From NCBI GenBank assembly GCA_034439475.1, contig JAWXAN010000042.1, positions 64,765-128,764 of the forward strand: a stretch of 64,000 nucleotides of DNA, read 5' to 3'. This document shows positions 26,961 to 36,538 of this stretch, piece by piece. How positions within the stretch are numbered: the stretch's first letter is position 1; each line of letters begins with the position of its first letter. The position numbers and the translations under genes are program-made. A model generated the notes under the pieces. The model saw nothing but the letters and a program-made list of their open reading frames with translations. It ran no database searches and was not told where the DNA came from. The stretch comes from Candidatus Zixiibacteriota bacterium (GTDB lineage Bacteria; Zixibacteria; MSB-5A5; GN15; FEB-12).

Positions 26961-27127
26961 GGCGTTGATTATCAGCGATGTCGTGCAGATCAGAGACGGT
27001 CTGCACGAAAGTCAACACTTGGTGCTCCATCAGCGGCGGATTGGATTGACACTGGCGGGGCGGACTGAGATTGCCGCGCCTGCCCGCCGTGGAGGGTCGC
27101 GCCTGGGAGGCCGCTCCTCGCAACGAC

Positions 27128-27949
27128 TCACTGGGAAATGACTGCTTTGATTCTTCGTTGCGAGATATATATCCCAAGTCCCAAGAGAAAGAGAGCCAGA
27201 GAAACTACCTGATTCCATGTCGGCTCAATCCCGCCAATCGAAAATATCATTTCCTCTTCGTAATACCTAACAAACTCAATCAAAAATCGAAAAAGAGCTT
27301 CAGCCATAAAAAGCACAGCAACAACCTGACCGGCAAACTGCCGCCGTTTCAACAGCTGGTGCAATACGAAAAATAACAGAAAGCCATATGCCGAGCTATA
27401 GATTTGCGCCGGATGCAGGTGCTGATCACGAAAAATCATCCATGGTATCGAATGGTCGGGGAACTGGACGCCCCACGGGAGGCCGGTCGGAGTGCCAAAA
27501 CAACAGCCGTTGAGAAAACAGCCGATTCGGGTAATGCCTATCCCCATTGCGAGGGTCGGCGAGAAGATATCAAAGACCTCAAGCACCGCTTGTTTCTTTA
27601 TTTTGCAATATGTGTATGCTGACAAAATTGCAAGCAGGACTCCGCCATACAGGTTCAAGCCGGCTATTCCGAATCCTCCGCCGGGGTCCGAATGAAACGG
27701 ATTAAAAATTGCGCCGAGATTGTTGGAAAATTCCGACCAGTGTAAAACAACATAGCCGAGTCTTGCGCCGACAATCCCGCCAAAAATAAATATGTACGTG
27801 ATTGTAAGATAGTAGTCGGGTGATTTCCCTGTTTTAGCCGCGACGCGCTGGACATACCAAACCCCGAAAAGAAACGTGAGCGCGAGCATCAGGCCGAAAG
27901 CGCGAATGGGGAAAGAGCCAATATAAAATAGTTCAGGCTGCATGTTCAA
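27128..27949 (-). CDS. lgt: Prolipoprotein diacylglyceryl transferase
   Basis: Polytopic membrane protein with the RIGCFLNGCCFG signature and a conserved N-terminus (FPIRAFGLMLAL). Confidence 0.9.
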   Translation of the reverse strand: MNMQPELFYIGSFPIRAFGLMLALTFLFGVWYVQRVAAKTGKSPDYYLTITYIFIFGGIVGARLGYVVLHWSEFSNNLGAIFNPFHSDPGGGFGIAGLNLYGGVLLAILSAYTYCKIKKQAVLEVFDIFSPTLAMGIGITRIGCFLNGCCFGTPTGLPWGVQFPDHSIPWMIFRDQHLHPAQIYSSAYGFLLFFVLHQLLKRRQFAGQVVAVLFMAEALFRFLIEFVRYYEEEMIFSIGGIEPTWNQVVSLALFLLGLGIYISQRRIKAVISQ

Positions 27950-28856
27950 TCCTTAATTCTGTCGTTTCTTTATCTTTCGCGCTCGGAGCGTTGAAGCAGT
28001 CACTTTTTTTCCAAACCAAAATGACCGAGGCAACTGCAAAAGCTGCGCCAACGAAGACATCGCTTATATAATGAAATCTCCCCCAAACAGTTCCGATGGC
28101 AAGTCCGATATTCAACGGAAGCAATATCCAGCCGAGAGGCCGATAGTGTTTTAGTGAAAACATGAGTATCACTAGCGCAACCCCGACATGCGAGGACGGC
28201 ATGGCCCCGCCCCTGACTGCGGCATTCTCTATTACGAATTCTACAAGAGGCCGGAAGAGTGGACCATCGATTGAGTTTATATACACATGGGCAAATTGCC
28301 AGCGCGGCCCCGCGACAGGGTAGAGCGCAAAAAGCAGATAGGAGGCAAAGAAGGTCAGGGTACAGGCGGCAAGGCACGGTTTAATAATTTTCAACTCCAT
28401 ACGCCGCAGAGCCGCAATGATAAAAACAGGGACCATCAGATAATATGTGAAATAGCAGAAGGAGACTATTTCTGTAACCCAGACATTCAGCAAATTTCTA
28501 TCAATATAGAGGGTCGGTTCTATGCCGAACAGGCGACTCTCAAAGTTGATGACCTGTGCGTCAAAGAAATGGTCAAAGAAAAGAAACATCTGACCGCCGG
28601 TCAGGCGATAGAAGAATGTAAAGAGCAAGGCCGGATAAACGGCGCGGATTATGGCATTCATTTTCCCTGTTGACTCCGGCAGAAATCTCACAAGTATCCA
28701 GACGAGAACTGCTATAGCAGTATATGATATAAGTTCATCAGTATATCCTGCAAGCGGCCGACCAAAACCGAGAACCAGGGCAATCATAAGGCCGCAGTAA
28801 CCAAGGATAAGCCGATCGGTTGGGTTGAAACGAACGGACTTGTTATTCTTTATCAT
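27933..28856 (-). CDS. PAP2-superfamily membrane phosphatase/transferase
   Basis: PAP2 motifs PSSHV and GRFHYISDV in a multi-TM protein. Start moved to the internal ATG (MIKNNKSV) to limit overlap with rsmI; the track ORF opens at 28925. Confidence 0.65.
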   Translation of the reverse strand: MIKNNKSVRFNPTDRLILGYCGLMIALVLGFGRPLAGYTDELISYTAIAVLVWILVRFLPESTGKMNAIIRAVYPALLFTFFYRLTGGQMFLFFDHFFDAQVINFESRLFGIEPTLYIDRNLLNVWVTEIVSFCYFTYYLMVPVFIIAALRRMELKIIKPCLAACTLTFFASYLLFALYPVAGPRWQFAHVYINSIDGPLFRPLVEFVIENAAVRGGAMPSSHVGVALVILMFSLKHYRPLGWILLPLNIGLAIGTVWGRFHYISDVFVGAAFAVASVILVWKKSDCFNAPSAKDKETTELRIEHAA

Positions 28857-29613
28857 CGTTTTCACTATCGCTATCGTTTTCGCTGTCGTTGTCTGGTTTG
28901 TATTTGTTCTTTTTGACGCGCACAACTTCGTACCCTTCGACTATGACAACAATTTCCCCTTTGATTGTGCGGTCCTGGTTTTCTAGCGATTCTATTATCG
29001 CGCTCAGCGTACCGCGGCGGTACTCCTCATGGATTTTGCTTATCTCTCGCGCAAGACAGGCCTGTCTGTCTCCAAGTACTTCGCGGGCATCGACCAGCAT
29101 AGAATAAATCCGGTGAGGTGACTCATAGAAGACAAGGGTGTGTTCGAAGTCTTTGAGCCGCTCAAGTCTGTTTTTGCGGCTACCGCTTTTAGGGGGCAGA
29201 AATCCTTCGAAAAAAAAGCGGTCGGTCGGAAGCCCGGAGGCGGTGAGAGCCGGAATGATAGCGGTCGGGCCGGGAAGCGCGATGATCTCAATTCCAACAT
29301 CGATAGCGCGTCGCACCAGCCGATATGCTGGGTCAGAAATCCCGGGGGAGCCAGCATCGGTTATGATCGCAATCGACTCTCCATTTTCAATCTGCTTAGC
29401 AAGCTGAGCCGAGCGTTCAGTCTCATTGAAGTCATGATATGAGATAAGCCGATTGCTGATTCCCAGCATATTCAGTAAATTGCCGCTTGTGCGGGTATCC
29501 TCGCAGGCAATAATCTGCACTGATTTCAAGGTGTCAATTGCCCGATCGGTAATATCAGACATATTCCCAATTGGTGTTGGAACAAGATATAGTTTGCCGG
29601 CAGTAGGGGGCAT
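28843..29613 (-). CDS. rsmI: 16S rRNA (cytidine1402-2'-O)-methyltransferase RsmI
   Basis: GKLYLVPTPIGNMSDIT, IACEDTR and ITDAGSPGISDP motifs. It has an unusual acidic C-terminal tail, PDNDSENDSDSENDDKE. Confidence 0.9.
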   Translation of the reverse strand: MPPTAGKLYLVPTPIGNMSDITDRAIDTLKSVQIIACEDTRTSGNLLNMLGISNRLISYHDFNETERSAQLAKQIENGESIAIITDAGSPGISDPAYRLVRRAIDVGIEIIALPGPTAIIPALTASGLPTDRFFFEGFLPPKSGSRKNRLERLKDFEHTLVFYESPHRIYSMLVDAREVLGDRQACLAREISKIHEEYRRGTLSAIIESLENQDRTIKGEIVVIVEGYEVVRVKKNKYKPDNDSENDSDSENDDKE

Positions 29614-29621
29614 TGAGATTA

Positions 29622-30485
29622 TCAGTCAAGAAGTCTAACAAAGTGTGGAATGGGCGACTTGTCAAAAGATGCAATTGGAGGCAGACGGCGTTTGAAGCTG
29701 TTCTGATTGAGCAAGCTGACAACCCGCTCTATCTTTTTCGCCGAAAATCCCTGACCCATAAGATGGGCTCTTGAGCGCTCATCTTTATCGATAATCTGCT
29801 CAAGAAGCCGGTCGATTTCATCGTAGCTCAAGCCAATCTCATCCTCGTCGGTCTGGCCTTCCCATAGATCAGCCGAGGGAGCTTTAGTCTGAATTGGCTC
29901 CGGAAGTTCAAGAAACCCAGCCAGCTGCCTGATTTCAGTTTTGTACAACTCTCCGATTGGATTGAGCGAACAGGCGGCATCTCCAAAGAGGGTGGTATAG
30001 CCGAGAGCAATTTCTGTGCGGTTGCCAGTTCCGAGCACCAATCCTCCGTGTTCTGAAGCGATATCAAAAAGGATGGACATCCTTTCTCTGGCCATTTTGT
30101 TTCCTGCCCTGATTTTGTCTTTGCCCGCAGGCCCAAGAAAATAGGCATCTATCATGGGTGAAATGTCAACGATTTTGTGTTCGATTTCAAGCCATTCGGC
30201 CATGAGACGGGCATCGTCTAATGAGTTCGGAGACGATGTGCGGTACGGCATCATGACCCCGAAAAGCTTGTGTGCGCCCACAGCCCGCACGGCAAGAGTC
30301 GCACAGAGCGAGGAGTCTATTCCTCCAGAGAGACCAACAACAAAGCCAGTACGGCCCGCAGCCTCGAGCTCCGTGCGCAGGAACTGGATGCTTTTCTGGA
30401 CGATGGTCTCATAGTCGGATTTCAGGGGCGTTGTCTGTGTTTCAGGCATATAACCAATAATAATATGTGATATAGAAGTCATCAA
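29622..30485 (-). CDS. nadE: NH3-dependent NAD+ synthetase
   Basis: PP-loop GLSGGIDSSL and TGNRTEIALGYTTLFGD. Confidence 0.9.
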   Translation of the reverse strand: MMTSISHIIIGYMPETQTTPLKSDYETIVQKSIQFLRTELEAAGRTGFVVGLSGGIDSSLCATLAVRAVGAHKLFGVMMPYRTSSPNSLDDARLMAEWLEIEHKIVDISPMIDAYFLGPAGKDKIRAGNKMARERMSILFDIASEHGGLVLGTGNRTEIALGYTTLFGDAACSLNPIGELYKTEIRQLAGFLELPEPIQTKAPSADLWEGQTDEDEIGLSYDEIDRLLEQIIDKDERSRAHLMGQGFSAKKIERVVSLLNQNSFKRRLPPIASFDKSPIPHFVRLLD

Positions 30486-30502
30486 GCGTTAATGTCTACC
30501 CC

Positions 30503-30531
30503 TTGACAGCTTTGGGCAAGTGATCTATATT
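30503..30531 (+). promoter_or_regulatory. Sigma-70 promoter of ssb
   Basis: TTGACA (30503-08), 17-nt spacer, TATATT (30526-31), 28 nt upstream of the ssb ATG. Confidence 0.65.
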
Positions 30532-30558
30532 ATTTCAAAACTAAGAAAGAAGGGCAAT

Positions 30559-30981
30559 ATGAGTGTGAACAAAGCAATCCTCATCGGGCGACTGGGGAAA
30601 GATCCGGAACTGAAGTACACGCCTGGCGGAAAAGCAGTGGCAAATTTTTCACTGGCCACAACCGAACGCTGGAGCGGTCAGGACGGTCAAAAAAATGAGT
30701 CGACCACCTGGCATAATATTGTTGCTTGGGGAAGACAAGCCGAATTGTGCAAGGAGTATCTTGCGAAAGGACGCGAAGTCTATATCGAAGGACGCATAGA
30801 TAATCGAAGCTACGATGACAAAGAAGGGAACAAGAAGTATATCTCTGAAGTCATCGTGCAGACGCTTCAGTTCCTTGGCTCCAAAACCGGAGGCTCAGCA
30901 GGCGGTGGCGGCAGCGAGGTTTCAGCCGAAGCGCCAGCACAAGCGCGGTCGGGCGGCGAAGACGACGATCTGCCTTTCTGA
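30559..30981 (+). CDS. ssb: Single-stranded DNA-binding protein
   Basis: MSVNKAILIGRLGKDPELKYTPGG OB-fold N-terminus, Gly-rich linker and acidic tip DDDLPF. Confidence 0.95.
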   Translation: MSVNKAILIGRLGKDPELKYTPGGKAVANFSLATTERWSGQDGQKNESTTWHNIVAWGRQAELCKEYLAKGREVYIEGRIDNRSYDDKEGNKKYISEVIVQTLQFLGSKTGGSAGGGGSEVSAEAPAQARSGGEDDDLPF

Positions 30982-31006
30982 TGTAATTGTGAACATTGAT
31001 GACTCC

Positions 31007-31032
31007 AAAGCCCCTTACAAGGGGCTTTTTTT
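31007..31032 (+). terminator. Intrinsic terminator after ssb
   Basis: Stem aaagcccc / ggggcttt with loop ttacaa, then a T-run. Confidence 0.85.
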
Positions 31033-31176
31033 ATTACTTTATTTGAACAGTAAATGTCACAAATAATACTCAGAAATCTTTTCTCTTTCTCCGAATCTAA
31101 TAGGGTATGGTAAACTCATGGCTGCGTCGGTCGCTGATTACAATAAAGACAACAACACTTTTTGGAGGTTTTTAAG

Positions 31177-31758
31177 ATGTCTACTCAGTTTCTCACTACG
31201 AACCAGATAGAAGGATATTCGGAACAGCGCCATCGCCTCTTCCGAACCATCGGGTTTATGGCCGCCTCGTGCCTCACTATTTCAGCGGCAATTATCTATT
31301 TTTTCAATAGCACGATTCTTGCGGAAAAATTCATAGCTGTCTGCGGTACGGTTGAATTGATGACAATGACACTAATGCCGTATATGATATCAGCAGTGAT
31401 TGCATCAATCACCGCGATTGGCGTAATTTCAATTCTACCAGCGGTGAGAATGGCTGACCCGGCTGAGAGGATACTGATGCGGCTTCGCGAGGCCGCAGGC
31501 GGGAACCTTTCGGCGAGAGTAAAGCTTCATGGGGATGTGCCGCTCAAAGACGTTGCCGCCGAGCTCAATGTGACTCTTTCAACTCTTGGCAGTCAGATCG
31601 CAACCTGGAAACTTATCAATCGCCAGCAGTGGGGAACGCTATGCCGGGTTCGTCTTGCGGCGGAAAATGAAGACATATCCGAAGTGATAAAATATGTGGC
31701 CGAGATGGAACAGAACTGGGATAAGATCGCTGAAATCGAACAGAGGATAATTACCTGA
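31177..31758 (+). CDS. Small two-TM membrane protein with a HAMP-like segment
   Basis: GGAGG RBS before the ATG at 31177. Two hydrophobic helices are followed by AERILMRLREAAGGNLSARVKLHGDVPLKDVAAELNVTLSTLGSQIA (HAMP-like). No output domain. Confidence 0.5.
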   Translation: MSTQFLTTNQIEGYSEQRHRLFRTIGFMAASCLTISAAIIYFFNSTILAEKFIAVCGTVELMTMTLMPYMISAVIASITAIGVISILPAVRMADPAERILMRLREAAGGNLSARVKLHGDVPLKDVAAELNVTLSTLGSQIATWKLINRQQWGTLCRVRLAAENEDISEVIKYVAEMEQNWDKIAEIEQRIIT

Positions 31759-32799
31759 TTATTCGAGTAACTTGTCTTCAATTTTCTTTACCCGTTTGAG
31801 CAATTCAGGGAGCCGTGTGAGACAGGCTTCGATACGTTTAATTTCCATTAACTCGCGCGCTGGGGTACCCCACACAACTTTCCCACTAGAAAGCGAGTTT
31901 GATACACCGGCCTGCGAACCGATTTTGACCCCATCGCTGATAGTAATATGCCCGGCCAGCCCAACCTGGCCGCCAATCACAACGCCATTGCCGATTTTTA
32001 CAGAACCAGCAATGCCGGTCTGCGCGACGATAATTGAATGCTGTCCGATCTCAACGTTATGACCGATCTGCACAAGATTATCGATCTTTGTTCCGTGGCC
32101 AATCTTGGTAGGTCCAAGCGCCCCCCGGTCAATCGTGGTGTTTGCGCCAATCTCAACATCGTTACCAATCTCTACATGGCCTATCTGTTTTATCTTATAT
32201 AATCCTGTTTCGGATTCGGCATAGCCAAAACCGTCCGAGCCGATAACCACACCGGCATGTAGTATGACATTATCCCCTATATGTGACCGATCAAGTATCT
32301 TCACGCCCGGATATAGCAGACAATTTTTGCCTATTGTTACCCGTTCGCCGATGAATATCGACGACATCAAATGAGTCTTGCTACTTATGCGGCAGTTTGC
32401 GCCAATTACGCAAAACGGACCGATAACAGCCGATGAATCAATGACTGCAGTGTTATCGATGGAAGTTGTGGCATGGATTGCTCCTTTAGATAGTGGGGCT
32501 GCAGGATAGAGTATGTCTACTATGCGGGCAAAAGTAAGGTATGGTTTATTATGGCGTATGACAGCGTGTCCGTGGCTTTCGGTTGTAGCATCAAGGACGA
32601 GCGCACCGGCCTTTGTGGCTGAGATAAACTTTGTATAGCGGGAATTGGCAACAAAACTAATATCAGAGGGGCCGGCCGTTTCAATAGGCGCGGCCCCGCT
32701 TATTTGGATATCCCGGTTTCCGGGCAAATCGAGAGTTCCGCCGATTTTCGCGGCGAGCTCACCGAGAGAGAATGATGGATTATTGTCCGAGTTTTTCAA
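31759..32799 (-). CDS. lpxD: UDP-3-O-acylglucosamine N-acyltransferase
   Basis: LpxD N-terminal domain, then long left-handed beta-helix hexapeptide repeats (IGDNVILHAGVVIGSDGFG...IGHNVEIGQHSIIVAQTGIAGS). Lies in the bamA-skp-lpxD arrangement. Confidence 0.9.
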   Translation of the reverse strand: MKNSDNNPSFSLGELAAKIGGTLDLPGNRDIQISGAAPIETAGPSDISFVANSRYTKFISATKAGALVLDATTESHGHAVIRHNKPYLTFARIVDILYPAAPLSKGAIHATTSIDNTAVIDSSAVIGPFCVIGANCRISSKTHLMSSIFIGERVTIGKNCLLYPGVKILDRSHIGDNVILHAGVVIGSDGFGYAESETGLYKIKQIGHVEIGNDVEIGANTTIDRGALGPTKIGHGTKIDNLVQIGHNVEIGQHSIIVAQTGIAGSVKIGNGVVIGGQVGLAGHITISDGVKIGSQAGVSNSLSSGKVVWGTPARELMEIKRIEACLTRLPELLKRVKKIEDKLLE

Positions 32800-33316
32800 G
32801 ACGTTCCAGCACTTTCGCAGTTACGTCGTACGTTTCTTTGATGTATCCCAAGCCGCTTTGGAGGGTAAAGATAACATCATATCCTTCTTCCACAGCAATC
32901 GACTCGATAGCTTTGGATACATTGTCAAGCAAAGGCCCAAGAAGGGTTTCCTGTTTCTGCTCGGCCTTTCCGCCTGGTCCATAAATCTCTTTGGTATAAT
33001 TATCAAGAGCGTCTTTTTTGATCCGGATCGATGCCTCGCGCTCTTTTCGCTTCTCATCGGAAAGAATTAGTTTCTGCTTGTCATAGTCGGTCAACATGGT
33101 TTCAAGCTCAGTCTGTTTGGCCTGGGCTGCGTCGTCCCATACTTTTCGCTCAGTCTCCCACTGCTCTTGGGCTCGTGTCCAGGCTTTGTAGCCGTCTTTA
33201 ATCAGATCGTCCTTTACGAAACCGATCTTGAGATTCTGAGCCGAAGCCGACGGGGCAATGGCGGCCATCATGATTAAGGCGAGAGCGGCAAGCCAGAGCA
33301 TTTTCACATTCTTCAT
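32780..33316 (-). CDS. skp: Periplasmic chaperone Skp/OmpH
   Basis: Signal peptide MKNVKMLWLAALALIMMAAIAPSASAQ, then a Lys/Glu-rich coiled-coil body. Sits between bamA and lpxD. Confidence 0.8.
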   Translation of the reverse strand: MKNVKMLWLAALALIMMAAIAPSASAQNLKIGFVKDDLIKDGYKAWTRAQEQWETERKVWDDAAQAKQTELETMLTDYDKQKLILSDEKRKEREASIRIKKDALDNYTKEIYGPGGKAEQKQETLLGPLLDNVSKAIESIAVEEGYDVIFTLQSGLGYIKETYDVTAKVLERLEKLGQ

Positions 33317-33342
33317 CACGTTTGTCTCCTTACGCAAGGTTA

Positions 33343-35886
33343 TTACCGAAAAGTCGTCCCGATTTGAAAGTGGGGTTTCCACTTCTGTTCTTCATCTTTA
33401 TACTTGTCTAATGGATAAGCGAAATCAAAGCCGATTGTTCCAATACCGGGTACGGCGACCCTGAATCCGAACCCAACTCCCTTATATAGGCCGCCTGCAA
33501 TATTGGGGTCAGAACTTGGACGGACAAACGGGCTAATCTTGTCCCGATTGAGCCATGAATTGCCCGCATCAAAGAATAAGAGTCCGAAAACAGAGCGCGA
33601 CACAATCGGCACCTGTATTTCAAGATTAGTCACGAGCAGATATTTTCCGCGAACGCGAGTTGTTAGCGGACTCGATGTCACAAAGGAAGTATCGTTAGCC
33701 GGATCAGATCCCGGTACGGCATTGGTGTCGAGGAAGAAGAAAGTTGTGTCCGCGGTTGTAAAGGTTGAATCGGGTGTCAGATTGCCGTCGTCATATCCTC
33801 GTATCACCCCGTCGTAGGCTGTCCCTCCCGGGCTAAATCGATCAGAGAGGAGGATTCTATCATCGCCAGAAGGAGAGGTAACCACACTGTATTGTACTTT
33901 CGCGGCCAACGAAAACTTCCAGAAAAGAGGAATAAATTTTGAAAGGGCGAGAGAATGTTTCTGATAATTCCAATATCCACCCAAAAACCCGCCAGTCGTT
34001 TCAAAGGTATAGCTCAATACCGAGCCTTTTGTCGCAAACTCAGGTAGGTCACGTGAATCGCGTGTGAGGGTAAATCCAAGCCGGGAAGCGGTGTTCCATT
34101 CGTCGCCGATGTCGATTGGAGAACCCTGAAAGGGCCGGCCGGTGATTGTTTGTCTTCGATCGAAGATCCCTGTGCTGTCGGCGGGAAATCTATTTTGGTC
34201 GAAAATACCATCCCGATTGGTGTCAAATTGCGCAAGCGATCTAAATGAATTTGCAGCTATATATGAATAGTCAAAGTCGTGATACCGTGTGCGTTCAAGC
34301 CGATATGAGGTGAAGGCGCGGAAATACCTGTCCGGCCATCTGAGTCGTCGTCCAAGCCGCACCGAGCCGCCTTGGCGTTGTTCGGTGTAATCTTCAAACC
34401 AGCGGCGATTAGTGCTGAAAACATCGAGGCCCAGAAGCGTGGGGCGTCCCGCGAGCCACGGCTCAGTGAAAGAAATCGAAACAGAGTTGCGTCGTCCGCC
34501 GAATTCGATATTAAACGACAGATTTTGTCCCCGTCCGCCTAAGTTGGGAATGCCAAGTCCGACATTTCCTACGACCTTATCCTGACTATTGTAGCCAGCG
34601 CCCGCGGAGACCTGACCGGTCTGCTTTTCTTCAATTTTGAATTCAATGTCGACATCTCCATTGGGCAGATCGACTGGCTCCGGCAGGGCATTGGTGAAAA
34701 AGTTGAGCGCCATTATATCCCGAACAGACTGGATAAGAAGCGATCTATTAAAGACCTGCCCGGGAAGCATCGAGATTTCACGCCGGATAACATTCTCGCG
34801 TGTTTTCGTGTTGCCCAGAATTCTCACGAGATTTACATGGGAAGGAAGGCCTTCGGTGATGGCATACAAAATATCGAGAATAGAATCAGAACGCGTGACC
34901 CTCTCGTCAGTTATCCGGGAATGAAGATGGCCAACCTCCTGGTAGGTTGTGTAGAGTTCATAAAGGGACTGCTCGTACTCCTCGTTGTTGAAGACTTCGC
35001 CTTCTTCGAATTTGAGTTTGCTCTTGAGCAATGGCTCTTTCAGGATTTCGTTGCCGGAGAATGCGGATGTTCCAAAGTAATAGAGCGGCCCTTCGTATAC
35101 CTCGAGGTATATCGTCATGCGATTAGTGGAAGAATCGATGCGAGTTGAATCAGAGATGACATAGGCATCGACAAATCCTCGTTTGCGGTATTCCTCAACT
35201 ATTTTTTCCAAGTCTTCAGGATATTTTTCTTCGGCAAAATCAGAGCTTCGTAAAAACCCTCTTTTACGGTTTCGCATTTTCTTAACTAATTCGTTGGCCG
35301 ATACGCGAGAATTTCCAGTCATCACAACCCGCTCGACTTTGACCTTGGACTTTTCGTTAATTGAATACGTCAGACTTGCTTCTGACGAATCCTCATTGTA
35401 TTTGAGTTCCGATGTCACTTCGGCCTGGAAATAACCTTCACCGGCGTACTCTTCGAGGATTTGTTGTTTCTTAAGATGGATAAGGTAGGGAGAGATATAG
35501 CCGCCGACACCGAGTCCGAGCTTTTCTCTGAGGTCTTTTGTTTTTATCTCTTTGTTGCCGACAAAATTAAGCGATGACAGCTTGGGTAGTTCAGCAACCA
35601 CAATCGCGATCTTGAGCCCACCCGACACTTCTGTCGCCTCGATTTTCACGTCGGAGAAAATGCCGAGAGCATACAAGCGTTCGATAGCTGATTGGATATT
35701 GGTCGCGGTAAGTGGGGAACCAATGTCGATTCCGGCGACGCTGAGAATCAGCGAACCGGTTGTGACGCGGTTTCCTTCGACGTCAATCTTGACTACATTA
35801 TAAGCTGTCTGCGCCGTGACCTGTGACGCTGAGAAAGCGGCGAGAGTCAGGACGAAGGCAAGAGCGATCCCTGCTCTCAAATACAT
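33343..35886 (-). CDS. bamA: Outer-membrane protein assembly factor BamA
   Basis: Signal peptide, POTRA-type repeats (VVKIDVEGNRVT..., VERVVMTGNSRVSANEL..., VNLVRILGNTKTRENVIRREI...) and a C-terminal beta-barrel. Confidence 0.9.
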   Translation of the reverse strand: MYLRAGIALAFVLTLAAFSASQVTAQTAYNVVKIDVEGNRVTTGSLILSVAGIDIGSPLTATNIQSAIERLYALGIFSDVKIEATEVSGGLKIAIVVAELPKLSSLNFVGNKEIKTKDLREKLGLGVGGYISPYLIHLKKQQILEEYAGEGYFQAEVTSELKYNEDSSEASLTYSINEKSKVKVERVVMTGNSRVSANELVKKMRNRKRGFLRSSDFAEEKYPEDLEKIVEEYRKRGFVDAYVISDSTRIDSSTNRMTIYLEVYEGPLYYFGTSAFSGNEILKEPLLKSKLKFEEGEVFNNEEYEQSLYELYTTYQEVGHLHSRITDERVTRSDSILDILYAITEGLPSHVNLVRILGNTKTRENVIRREISMLPGQVFNRSLLIQSVRDIMALNFFTNALPEPVDLPNGDVDIEFKIEEKQTGQVSAGAGYNSQDKVVGNVGLGIPNLGGRGQNLSFNIEFGGRRNSVSISFTEPWLAGRPTLLGLDVFSTNRRWFEDYTEQRQGGSVRLGRRLRWPDRYFRAFTSYRLERTRYHDFDYSYIAANSFRSLAQFDTNRDGIFDQNRFPADSTGIFDRRQTITGRPFQGSPIDIGDEWNTASRLGFTLTRDSRDLPEFATKGSVLSYTFETTGGFLGGYWNYQKHSLALSKFIPLFWKFSLAAKVQYSVVTSPSGDDRILLSDRFSPGGTAYDGVIRGYDDGNLTPDSTFTTADTTFFFLDTNAVPGSDPANDTSFVTSSPLTTRVRGKYLLVTNLEIQVPIVSRSVFGLLFFDAGNSWLNRDKISPFVRPSSDPNIAGGLYKGVGFGFRVAVPGIGTIGFDFAYPLDKYKDEEQKWKPHFQIGTTFR

Positions 35887-35911
35887 ATTTGTACTCGTTG
35901 CTGCACCCGGT

Positions 35912-36226
35912 TTACGGTTTCACAATCCTGCTGATTCTGATCTCAGTAAACCCTTGACGATGCCCTTGCGTTCTTTTGTACTTCGTACGCCGTTTGTACT
36001 TGTACATGAGGATTTTCTCCCCTTTGCCCGATTTGACGATTTCGGCTTCGATTCGAGCGCCTGTGACAAATGGGGCTCCAATTGTTGCGGACTGGCCGTC
36101 ATGGATGAGCAATACTTCGTTAATATCCAGTTTCGATCCGGACGAGGCATTTTGGGAGGGGACTGATATGACATTCCCTTCCTCGCCACGATACTGAAAA
36201 CCGGATAATTTAAAAATCGCGTACAT
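35912..36226 (-). CDS. rplU: 50S ribosomal protein L21
   Basis: MYAIFKLSGFQYR...ILMYKYKRRTKYKRTQGHRQGFTEIRI, with an AAGGAG RBS. Confidence 0.9.
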   Translation of the reverse strand: MYAIFKLSGFQYRGEEGNVISVPSQNASSGSKLDINEVLLIHDGQSATIGAPFVTGARIEAEIVKSGKGEKILMYKYKRRTKYKRTQGHRQGFTEIRISRIVKP

Positions 36227-36538
36227 GTTTGCTCCTTACGTTATCTACTGTCAGGACGGGGGAGCTACCCCCGAGTTATCCTAAAGCCTGAAAAGGTAAG
36301 GATATCCGAAGTCAAGTCAAGGTAAATTTTCGTGGGGGGAAACCAAGCATTTGGTAACATACTGCTTAAATTTCAAAGACTTATACTGGTTCCATTAAAA
36401 ATTCGAACCTAACATCACTGGTCATTGTTAGTAGCGGGATAGAAAAGTTTACTCGATAGTGATTGCACAAGAGCTGTCATTTGATATATTCCGATGTCAA
36501 AGCGTCCATAATGTAATGGAAGAAATTGTCTTAAGTGT

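Noticed and set aside
26982-27125. A 10-bp hairpin (cgtgcagatc...ggtctgcacg) and a GC-rich patch (27040-27125) between the convergent OMP gene and lgt.
   Set aside because: No U-run follows the hairpin on either strand, so it is not a classical terminator. The GC-rich patch has only imperfect self-complementarity and no coding or RNA-family signature that I can recognise. I left it unannotated.
36395-36415. A tRNA-like T-loop string (ggttcgaat on the minus strand) in the rplU/uvrB intergenic region.
   Set aside because: The flanking bases do not form a T-stem (ttagg versus tttta), and no acceptor, D or anticodon arms can be drawn. It is not a tRNA.
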